Of a stretch of 64,000 bases of DNA, positions 56,407 through 64,000 are shown one piece after another (position 1 is the first letter of the stretch; each line of letters begins with the position of its first letter). The notes under the pieces are model-generated. The model was not told the DNA's origin, searched no databases, and saw nothing but the letters and a program-made list of their open reading frames with translations. The position numbers and the translations under genes are program-made. The DNA lies in assembly GCA_963664045.2 (NCBI GenBank), contig CAXXGT010000007.1, forward strand, positions 170,826 to 234,825, read 5' to 3'. Origin of the DNA: Paracoccaceae bacterium. Its GTDB lineage: Bacteria; Pseudomonadota; Alphaproteobacteria; Rhodobacterales; Rhodobacteraceae.

Positions 56407-58317
56407 GAGCGCCGAGCTAACTGGCGCTGGGGTAGCCGGTGAAAGTCCGGCAGGAAGGAGAGGCTAACCACCACTTCCACCGCGAGCCGTGCGCGTGCAT
56501 CCGCGAGGGTGCACGTGAAGCGTCGGTAGCGGCGCGTGTGGCCAGGATGATTGAGCAACGAAAATCTTATCATTCGGAGTGCCGAGGTTCTTTGTTTGAC
56601 CGAAGGCAACACCTGTAGGACCGCCATGGTGAGGGACTGCCGGGCTCCGCGCTGTCAAAGGAATCCAGGGACGCACGTACACCCCACGCCGGGACTCGGG
56701 AGGGCTTCAATCTGCCCCGGCAGTCGTGCCGAGGCCGCGGAAGAAAGGAGATAGTCTGAATCGATGACGAACGGATTGAAGCAATCGGATCCGGCCATAG
56801 TACCGGTGAAGTCGGCGAACAAGGGAACGTCAGTTCCTGCGGAGCCGATGGAGGGAAGGGGCCGGAACCAAGGGGAATCCGCGAGGCCAAAGCACGCACC
56901 GGACACAGGGCCGGGATCGCATGTCACAGGCGGCTGAGCGGATACGGCAAGCAGCCACGAGGAAACCGAAGGAGAAGCTCACTGCGCTCCTGCACCACAT
57001 CACGACGGACGCGCTCGAAGCATCCTACTTCATGCTGAAGAAGGATGCGGCGGCAGGCGTGGACGGGGTGACATGGGAGGAATACGGGAACGGACTGGAA
57101 GAGCGCCTGCTCGACCTGCACGACCGTGTTCACAGCGCGGGCGTACCGGGCGCTTCCGTCCCGGCGGGTAGAGATACCCAAACCGGACGGGGGAACACGA
57201 CCGCTCGGCATTGCGGCACTGGAGGACAAGATCGTCCAGACTGCGGTGGCGGAGACCATCCTTGTGCCGATATTCGAGCCGGAATTCCTCGGGTTCAGCT
57301 ATGGGTTCCGACCCGGTCGCGGTGCGCATGACGCGCTCGACGCGCTGGCGTACGGGATAGAACGGCGCAAGGTCAACTGGATTGTCGACGCGGACGTTAA
57401 GGCCTTTTTCGATCGGTTGGATCGAAGCTGGCTCATCAGGTTCGTGGAGCACCGGATCGGGGATCGGCGGGTCATCCGGCTGATCTCCAAGTGGCTTGGC
57501 GCCGGCGTCATGGAAGAGGGCGAATGGTGGGACACCCTGCGGGGAACCCCCCAGGGCTCAAGTGTGTCGCCGATTCTGGCGAACATCTACCTGCACTTCG
57601 TCCTTGATCTCTGGGTTCCAGAGGAAATGGCGCGCCCGGATCGCCCGTGGCGAGACGATTATCGTGCGCTATGCCGACGACTTCGTGGTCGGGTTCCAGT
57701 ACAAGCGGGATGCAGAACGGTTCCTGTGCGATCTGAAGGACAGGCTGGCCGCGTTCTCACTCGAATTGCACCCGGACAAGACGCGGCTCATCGAGTTCGG
57801 CCGGTTCGCCATGGCGAACCGCCGGGCACGGGGAGAGCGGCGTCCCGAGACCTTCGACTTCCTCGGGTTCACGCATTACTGCCGGACCACGCGGAAGGGA
57901 CGTTTCGGACTGGGGCGCAAGCCGATCAGGAAGCGTGTCACCCGGACCCTGAAACGCATCGAGGCCGAACTGCGTCAACGGATGCACGACAACATCTACG
58001 GGTCGCCATATGGCTTGGTCGGGTTGTGGGCGGTTGGCTGCGTTACTACGCGGTTCCCGACCAGCTCCCGATCCCTCCAGACGTTCGGGCACCGTCTCAA
58101 GCGACTTTGGCTGCGCGTCTTGCGCCGCCGGTCGCAGAAGGACCGCCTTCCCTGGGGCAAGGTCGACCTGCTGGCGGCGGTCTTCTGGCCTCCGCTGCGG
58201 ACCGTGCACCCATGGCCGGACAGACGGTTTGCCGGCAATCACCCGAGGTAGGAGCCTCGTGCCTTAACGGGCATGCGGGGATCTGTGCGGGGGGCGTCGG
58301 GCAACCGGTGTCCCTAC
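56407..58317 (+). mobile_element. group II intron (boundaries approximate)
   Basis: 1911 nt (a multiple of 3) restores the tnpC frame. It encodes an RT/maturase. A domain-V-like GAGCCTCGTGCCTTAACGGGCATGCGGGGATC lies near the 3' end, which finishes ..CCTAC. Confidence 0.75.
56921..58251 (+). pseudogene. group II intron reverse transcriptase/maturase with two apparent frameshifts
   Basis: RT motifs are spread over three frames (..PKPDGGTRPLGIAALEDKIVQ.., ..SPILANIYLH.., ..IVRYADDFVVGF..). Shifts lie near 57135 and 57610. Confidence 0.8.
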
Positions 58318-59130
58318 CGCGACTGCTACTACTGGCCGGTGCTCGGCGACCGGGACGAAGTGGTGTTCCACTTCGCGCCCTCCCGCGCCCACCACCATGT
58401 CGCGCGGTTCCTCGGCGATTTCGAGGGCACGCTGGTCAGCGACGGCTACGGCGCCTACGCGGCTTACGCCGAGGCGCGGGGGGAGGCGGTGAGGCAGCAA
58501 AATTGCTGGGCGCATACGAGGCGCAATTTCGAGGAGCAGCTGGACAACCATCCGGTGTTCGCCGGGAAGGCGCTGGATCTGATCGGGGGCATGTACGGGA
58601 TCGAGAAGGAATTCCGTACCCGGCCGCCGCCTGAACGCCTGGAGGCGCGGCGCACCCGCACCCGCCCGCTGGTCGACGCCTTCTGGCAATGGTGTGAGCG
58701 GACGCTCGGGGACCCGGCGCTGACGCCGAAGCACCCGATCCGCCGGGCGGTCACCTACGCCGTCGAACGCCAGCAGGCCCTCGAGGTGTTCCTCGAAGAC
58801 CCGTTGGTGCCGATCGACTCGAATGGTGTCGAGCGCGCACTGCGCCGCATCAAGCTGGGACAGAAGAACTGGCTTTTTTCCTGGACGGAATCCGGCGCAC
58901 GGAACGTCGGGATCGTCAACAGCCTCGTCGCCACCTGTTTCCTGCTCGGGATCAGCCCTGCAACCTATCTGGGCGATGTCTTCCAGCGCATCGACACCCA
59001 TCCGGCCGACCGGGTCCACGAACTGACGCCACGCCTGTGGAAGGACCTCTTCGCCGACACCCCGATGACCGGCAGCATCGACATGACCGTCGTCCGGGCT
59101 CACCCGGACGCCAGCCGGGGACCGCCGTAA
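58318..59130 (+). CDS. tnpC: IS66-family transposase TnpC, 3' exon
   Basis: ..YYWPVLGDRDEVVFHFAPSRAHHHV...CWAHTRRNF...NGVERALRRIKLGQKNWLF.. Confidence 0.8.
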   Translation, partial: RDCYYWPVLGDRDEVVFHFAPSRAHHHVARFLGDFEGTLVSDGYGAYAAYAEARGEAVRQQNCWAHTRRNFEEQLDNHPVFAGKALDLIGGMYGIEKEFRTRPPPERLEARRTRTRPLVDAFWQWCERTLGDPALTPKHPIRRAVTYAVERQQALEVFLEDPLVPIDSNGVERALRRIKLGQKNWLFSWTESGARNVGIVNSLVATCFLLGISPATYLGDVFQRIDTHPADRVHELTPRLWKDLFADTPMTGSIDMTVVRAHPDASRGPP

Positions 59131-59303
59131 CGCTTGCGACGGCGGCGAACGGTGACGTCGATGCCGTCGATCAGGGCCATCAACTCGGTCGAAGACAATG
59201 CAAGCGCCGCATGGCCGGAGGCCGGAGGCGGGGCGAACAGGCCCTGCTCCAGGCGCTTGGACCAGATGAAGAAGCCGCCCCGCGGCCAGCCGCCGAGCAT
59301 CAC
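59100..59303 (-). pseudogene. tnpB: IS66 TnpB (Orf2) C-terminal remnant
   Basis: ..FFIWSKRLEQGLFAPP...LALSSTELMALIDGIDV. About 50 N-terminal residues of the usual protein are missing. Confidence 0.65.
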
Positions 59304-59584
59304 GACCGCCGAACCCGCAGGACAACCCCGTCGCCCAGGTCAAGCTCGACGTCCCAGCCGGATACCGCAGGCGGAGCGAGTTCGACAAAGGAACCCTTCC
59401 CGCCCCCAGGGCGGAGACGGCACCGCCAGTTCCCGAAGGTCTTCGGGGACAGCCCACGGGACTCGCAAAACTCCCGTTGCGACAGCCCCGAGCGCTCGAA
59501 GTCCGCCATGATGCCGCTCCACTCGTCTGCGCTGCGCACCACCGGCGCACGACGGGAACCAGCCGAACCATTCAAACCTGACAT
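59300..59584 (-). CDS. tnpA: IS66 TnpA (Orf1)-like protein
   Basis: 94 aa: ..EWSGIMADFERSGLSQREFCESRGLSPKTFGNWR. Starts 98 nt inside the right inverted repeat. Confidence 0.7.
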   Translation of the reverse strand: MSGLNGSAGSRRAPVVRSADEWSGIMADFERSGLSQREFCESRGLSPKTFGNWRCRLRPGGGKGSFVELAPPAVSGWDVELDLGDGVVLRVRRS

Positions 59585-60280
59585 GACAATTTCCTCCGAT
59601 CATTGATGAATGACCGGAAGTATCCCCATGCACCCCTCGCGTGAGCAACCGAATTATCAGACGTCGCCGTTTACCCGCTTACAGCGCACCGCCGGCATTG
59701 TGGGCGGCACCGGATCGCGCCAGCCCCTCGACATGGCCGCGACCCCCGGGACCCTGCGCCGCGCCCGGGAGCGCATCCGGCTTTCGGAATTCCACTCCGA
59801 GGCGGCCTTTCCGCCGGCCCGGATGTCCGGCGCCGTGCCACGGCGGGCGTTTTCCGCCGCGCGCGCGACGAGAAATTTCACCGACCCGGCCATTTCGTGT
59901 TCCCCGCCGCCTGCCCCACCCGTTCCGGGCGACCGGGCGACCCGCAACGCTCCGGAAATCGGGAATGTGCCCGGCCGAGCGCGGTGATCCGCGGGCCGGC
60001 CGGCTGGGTGACGGGGCTCGCGACGTCTCCGAAAAAGCGTTCGGCCCCGCCTGGCCGATCCCTGCCCTCCCGCGCTTGGGGGGCGTTGACAGGATCCCTC
60101 GGCGTCGCCTCTCAAGAGCGCGACGACCGGCGGCCCCGGGGCGAACCCCGGGACCGCCGGCGCGGCGATGCGGGCGTCGAGTGCAGTTGGTCCGCACCGC
60201 CACGGCTGCGGCAGTACTGTGAGCCGGTGAGGCAGGAGCCGGGGGATCGATATCCGCCCCCCCGGCCCGTCACGTTGCCT

Positions 60281-60520
60281 TCACCAACTCACCGTGCTTC
60301 GCAACATCACACCATGCGCAGGCGCGTTGCCGTTGGCCGCCTCGTTGCGCGTCGCGTCGAGACTGACCTCGAAGCGGGGGCTGCCCTGGAGGGCCGGGGT
60401 CAGCCGCCAGCCGAGTCGGTACTCGCGCCCGCCGCCATCCGAAATTCCAAATCCCATGTTCGGCGTGGCGGTGAAGCCGCCGCCGAAGAGCGCGGTGCCG
60501 TAGGCGATTTCGCCCTGAAG
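60281..60520 (-). pseudogene. autotransporter beta-barrel C-terminal remnant
   Basis: ..EYRLGWRLTP...FEVSLDATRNEAANGNAPAHGVMLRSTVSW with a terminal aromatic residue. It is fused in one ORF to an unrelated IS21 fragment. Confidence 0.45.
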
Positions 60521-60556
60521 ACGGCCCGCCGCCGTTCTCGTTCGCTGCTGTTGGGT

Positions 60557-60691
60557 CCCGGCAAGGGTCTGTCCCACCGAGCGTTGGGCAAGACCGCAGT
60601 GGGTCGCGATCGCTCTGGCGCTGCGGTCCTTGTCGATGTGAAATGCCAATATCTTCCTTACCATTCTCATGGTCAGCCTCTTCTGTGCCAT
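60557..60691 (-). pseudogene. IS21-family transposase (IstA) N-terminal HTH fragment
   Basis: MAQKRLTMRMVRKILAFHIDKDRSARAIATHCGLAQRSVGQTL. Confidence 0.4.
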
Positions 60692-60890
60692 TCCATACTC
60701 CTCGGACTGATCGCTGAAATCCGAGTTGCAGACCGGCACTCCGAATCAAACCGAAGCCAGTCGCCCCGAGGGGTGGCTACCTTCGTGAAATTTCCCAAAC
60801 GTGGGACAAACCCGCCGTTTCAAACCAGAATATTCCGGGACCCGACAAGGACCAGGGTCTCGATGCCGCGGACCGCCACCGCGTCCGGCC

Positions 60891-62840
60891 TCAAAACAGC
60901 CTGCGCAACCCGAGCCGGAACTGGAGCGGCTTCCGGTCGTACAGCGGGATCGTCGAATCGGTCCGCGACCAGTCCAGCATCAGGAACGGCTGATAGCCCT
61001 CCCAGGAGACCTTGCGGTGCGAGAGGGTCAGGCCGGCGCTCCGCGTCCGGTCCTCGCGGTGCCTGAGGAACGCCGCGTCCGCTTCGTCGAACCGGGCCGC
61101 GTTCAGCCCGAGCCGGACCGATCCGCTCCAGTCCTCCCCGAAATCCGCCGCATAGGTCAGGCTCAGCCCCCGCGAGCGCCAGTTCAGGCTGCTCCGGTCC
61201 GCGGTTTCGCGCGCGAACGTCCCGCCGAGCGTCAGCCAGCCAGGCCCGGCGCGGCGCGACACCGACAGGGACAGCGACCGTCCCGCGGGATCCACCTCTC
61301 CGGGTTGGCCGTCATGGCGCGTGATCCAGAGCCGGGGCGCGACGCCCACCCGCCAGTCCGGGTCAAGGGTCTGGTCGAATCCGAGCTCGCCCCACAGGTT
61401 CGTGGCGTGGCCGTCGCCGCCCTGCAGGCGCCGCTCCACGCCAACGTTCGCAGAAAACCGGCCGGGTCGCAGGCGTCCGGCCAACGGCACCGCGTAATCG
61501 ATGCGCGGCCCGGCCGACAGGGTGAGCCAGGTCCGGTTGTATTCGGTCGCGCCGAGCGCCGTGTTGCGCGCCACCGAAGCGTTCGCCTCGACCGACACGC
61601 GACCGTCCGCCGTCACCGCGTCCCGCCAGTGCAGGCTCGCACCGGTACGCGCCACCCAGGCTCCGACCGGACGCTGGTCCACGTCGAACACAAGGTTGCC
61701 GAAGGCGGGGAACCGGACCGTATCGACCTCGGCCGTGTTGTTCACGTTTCCGTCGTACCAGAGCCCCAGGTCGAGATCGACGCGCAGGCGTTGCCGGTCG
61801 AGGATGCGGGCAAGGACCCCTTCCACCTGGCGACGCGCGTCGTCGGGAAGGTCAGGTCGGCGGCGGGCTTCGCGGAACAGCGCCCTCGCCTCGTCGTCGC
61901 GCCCCAGGGCAAACAGCGCCGACGCGTGGTCGAGCCGGATCCGGAGGTTGTCGGGCCATTCCTCGGCGAGCCGCGCCAGCACCCGCTCCGCCTGTTCGAG
62001 GCGCCCGTCCGCGAGGAGCGCCTGCGCGATGCCGAAGCGGAGATCCGCGTCGTCCGCGCCCTCGGGCAGAGCCTCCATGGTTTGCATGAGCACCGCGAGA
62101 GCCATGGCCGGCTCCCCCGCCGCGATCAGGTACTCGGCCTCCGCGAGGGCCGTGTCGATGACGGCGGCGTGGTCCACGGCGCCGGACGGCGCATCGGACC
62201 CCGGATCGGCCCGCTGGCGTTGCCGCGCGAGGATGTCGGCGAGGAACCCTTCCACCCTGCGGCGGACGTCGGCGGGAAGGTCCGGCTGGCGCAGGGCATC
62301 GCGGAACATCGCCCTCGCCTCGCTGTCGCGCCCCAGGGCGAACAGCGCCCACGCCCGGTCGAGCCGGACCCGGAGGTTGTCGGGCCGCTCCTCGGCGATC
62401 CGCGCCAGCACCCGCTCCGCCTGGGCGAAGCGTCCGCCCGCCAGCAGGGCCTGGGCGATGCCGAAGCGGAGGTCCGCGTCGTCCGCGCCCTCGGGCAGCG
62501 CCTCCATGGCCTGCATCAGCACCGCGAAGGCCGCGACCGGCTCGCCGGCCACGATCAGGTACTCGGCCTGCGCCAGGGCCGCCTGGACGGCGGCGGCCTC
62601 GTCGGGGACCGAGACCGGGGCGGGCGTCGCGGGAGCGTCCGCCGCCTGTGCTGCGCGCCCCGGCGCGGCGCAGCACAGCGCAAGCACGAGCACCGCGAAC
62701 GCGAACGCCCGCCCGGCGGGCCAGGCGTCCTGTCCGCGGCCGCAACCGCGGGTTCGGCGGCGGCACCGGCCCGTGCCCCGCGCCGGTCTCCCCGATCGGG
62801 CAGCAGATGGCGCCGGGGCGTTGCGGGCCCGGGGCGGCAC
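60891..62840 (-). CDS. Slam-family (TPR plus DUF560 beta-barrel) surface lipoprotein assembly modifier
   Basis: 649-aa ORF with a signal-like AFAFAVLVLALCCAAP, a duplicated TPR module, and a C-terminal barrel ending ..LQFRLGLRRLF. The true start is probably internal. Confidence 0.8.
   Translation of the reverse strand: MPPRARNAPAPSAARSGRPARGTGRCRRRTRGCGRGQDAWPAGRAFAFAVLVLALCCAAPGRAAQAADAPATPAPVSVPDEAAAVQAALAQAEYLIVAGEPVAAFAVLMQAMEALPEGADDADLRFGIAQALLAGGRFAQAERVLARIAEERPDNLRVRLDRAWALFALGRDSEARAMFRDALRQPDLPADVRRRVEGFLADILARQRQRADPGSDAPSGAVDHAAVIDTALAEAEYLIAAGEPAMALAVLMQTMEALPEGADDADLRFGIAQALLADGRLEQAERVLARLAEEWPDNLRIRLDHASALFALGRDDEARALFREARRRPDLPDDARRQVEGVLARILDRQRLRVDLDLGLWYDGNVNNTAEVDTVRFPAFGNLVFDVDQRPVGAWVARTGASLHWRDAVTADGRVSVEANASVARNTALGATEYNRTWLTLSAGPRIDYAVPLAGRLRPGRFSANVGVERRLQGGDGHATNLWGELGFDQTLDPDWRVGVAPRLWITRHDGQPGEVDPAGRSLSLSVSRRAGPGWLTLGGTFARETADRSSLNWRSRGLSLTYAADFGEDWSGSVRLGLNAARFDEADAAFLRHREDRTRSAGLTLSHRKVSWEGYQPFLMLDWSRTDSTIPLYDRKPLQFRLGLRRLF
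61782..62597 (-). repeat. tandem duplication (~429-bp period) inside the Slam gene
   Basis: Two ~120-143-aa TPR modules, each AEYLI.AGEP...LPEGADDADLRFGIAQALL...RQR, are also clearly similar at the nucleotide level. Confidence 0.75.
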
Positions 62841-62872
62841 GCGGGTCGCGCTTGCTCGAAACGTTTGCCCTG

Positions 62873-63955
62873 CTACCGGGTGGCGACGAGCCCGCCCGTG
62901 TATCTCGAGCTCTGATCGCTCCCGTTGACCTCGAACACCGCGCCGACCGTGTCGACGATGTCCGTGGTGGCGTCATTGTCGTTGTTCTGCTTGCGGAAAC
63001 TGCCCTGGATCTTGGTTGTGGCGTCGGTGTGTGAGAAACCGCCGCCCGTGACCACCAGACTGTTCCACGTCTGGTTCGTGTAGGTGACCGGCACGAGAGG
63101 CGACCCCGTGGTGAACGTGGTGGCTTCGAGGTTGGTGAGCGACACGGCCGCCGTCACCGCGCCCCCACTTAGCGTGGCGGTCACGCTCGCATCGCCGCCG
63201 ATCAGCTCTCCCCGCCTCAGGACATCGCTCACATTTGTATCGATGGCGATGACGTGGCCCGTGAACGTGGCCGTCACGTCCGGCTGGGTCTTGGTTCCCT
63301 TTTCCTGCAGGAATGCGTTGGCCGTGAAGAACTCGGTATAGGTGCCCCCCCCGTTGATATACGCCGCCAGGTCGGTTTTTCCTCCTTTGGCATCGGTTCC
63401 GGTTGCGTAATTGGACGAGCCGGGGGCCAGCTTGTCAGTATCCAGAATTACTCTTGTCTTGCTGGTGTCAGTCCCCGAAGGGTAGGCATATAAGTATCTC
63501 TTGCTCCATACTTCATTGCCAGATTTATTTCTAAGTACAAGACTGCCGGGATTTCCGCGGGTGAGAATCACCTCTCGAACCTTGAAATTCGGCGCCGTGT
63601 TGGGGGTCTGGCCGGGACCGTTGCCGACAAAGCCTTCCTCGGTCGCGGTCCCCCACATGCCGAAGAGGTTCATGTCGACCACGCTGCCCCAGGTGTAACC
63701 TTCACCGCCTGGGAGTGGGCCGATCGTGATCGACCGGGTGGGTGGCGGAGACTGACCCGGCAGTAGCGGGACGAGGGGCCAGACGGCTCGCATTCGCGCT
63801 TGTCCCGTCCCCCAGCCCTCCGGGATGATGTTCGCACTGGCGGAGCCGGTCAGCATCCCGCCCGCACTCGTGCAGATCGCGCCGGCCGCGGAGCAGTCCG
63901 CCGTCGACGGCAGGGTTATCGCGAGTGGATCGAGCGAGGACGGGCGCACCCGCAC
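62873..63955 (-). pseudogene. putative Slam-dependent surface protein, 5'-truncated by IS66 insertion
   Basis: The C-terminus (..KIQGSFRKQ...VGAVFEVNG...YTGGLVATR) resembles the TbpB/fHbp-type 8-strand barrel end. The gene ends 33 nt upstream of the Slam ORF. The ORF begins at the IS66 end. Confidence 0.5.
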
Positions 63956-63956
63956 C

Positions 63957-64000
63957 GTAAGCGGGTAAACTGCGACGTCCGTTGATTTTGCCCGGTTTCG
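63957..64000 (+). mobile_element. left end of a second IS66-family copy (continues beyond the window)
   Basis: 44 nt identical to 54617-54660. Confidence 0.8.

Larger units (their letters stand above)
54617..59682. mobile_element. IS66-family composite/rearranged element
   Basis: Ends are GTAAGCGGGTAAACTGCGACGTCCG (54617) and its inverted near-copy (59658-59682). An 8-bp direct repeat AGCGCACC lies at 54609-54616 and 59683-59690. Confidence 0.8.

Noticed and set aside
59691-60280. ORFs of 150-390 aa in all frames of the GC-rich stretch right of the IS66 unit.
   Set aside because: Their composition is dominated by Arg, Gly, Pro and Ala with no motifs, and several overlap one another. This is probably non-coding or heavily decayed sequence.
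60801-62976. ORFs of 704 aa and 475 aa on the plus strand and a 374-aa ORF on the minus strand overlapping the Slam gene.
   Set aside because: They are low-complexity, Arg/Pro/Gly-rich GC shadow frames. Only the 60891..62840 frame has TPR and beta-barrel features.

Overview
This 64-kb window is a mosaic accessory region shaped by mobile elements and carrying mostly defence-type cargo; all calls come from reading the sequence and ORF translations, with no database search or structure prediction. From 1 to 6.7 kb the sequence is visibly AT-richer. It holds a TIR-domain protein, a small operon of unknowns, an IS1-like transposase abutting a tRNA-Trp-like gene, and a pentapeptide-repeat membrane protein split by a Tn5/IS4-like IS with a 9-bp target duplication. 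From 9.4 to 19.1 kb a heavy-metal module (Cd/Zn-type P1B ATPase, merR, merT, merP, merF, merA) is bracketed by about 1.5-kb direct repeats. The left repeat copy carries a frameshifted luxR-type gene and a truncated downstream gene. At 20.6-21.6 kb a roughly 550-bp hexanucleotide repeat encodes a membrane-anchored (Gly-Asp)n protein, and its 3' end overlaps a small lipoprotein gene. From 21.7 to 54.6 kb lies a defence island cut into cassettes by IS scars and repeats. Its genes include a 1354-aa NACHT/STAND NTPase with a C-terminal PD-(D/E)xK-like nuclease, a type I R-M operon (hsdR, hsdM, hsdS) extended by a RosmerTA-like pair, and a frameshifted resolvase. They also include an IS110-family element inserted in a repeat that has an empty paralog, a 1265-aa SIR2 (DSR-like) protein, and an AT-rich block of unknown genes. 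That block holds a nuclease-like protein, a translationally coupled 382-aa plus 185-aa membrane pair, and a two-gene operon interrupted by a minimal Tn552/Tn5053-like transposon. An ankyrin protein and a ThsB-like TIR protein close the island. From 54.6 to 64 kb there is an IS66-family composite with an 8-bp target duplication. It carries a Dam-like methylase, and its tnpC is interrupted by a group II intron. Gene fragments follow, then a Slam (DUF560) transporter and a putative surface-lipoprotein gene truncated by a second IS66 copy at the window edge. No rRNA genes or CRISPR arrays were seen.
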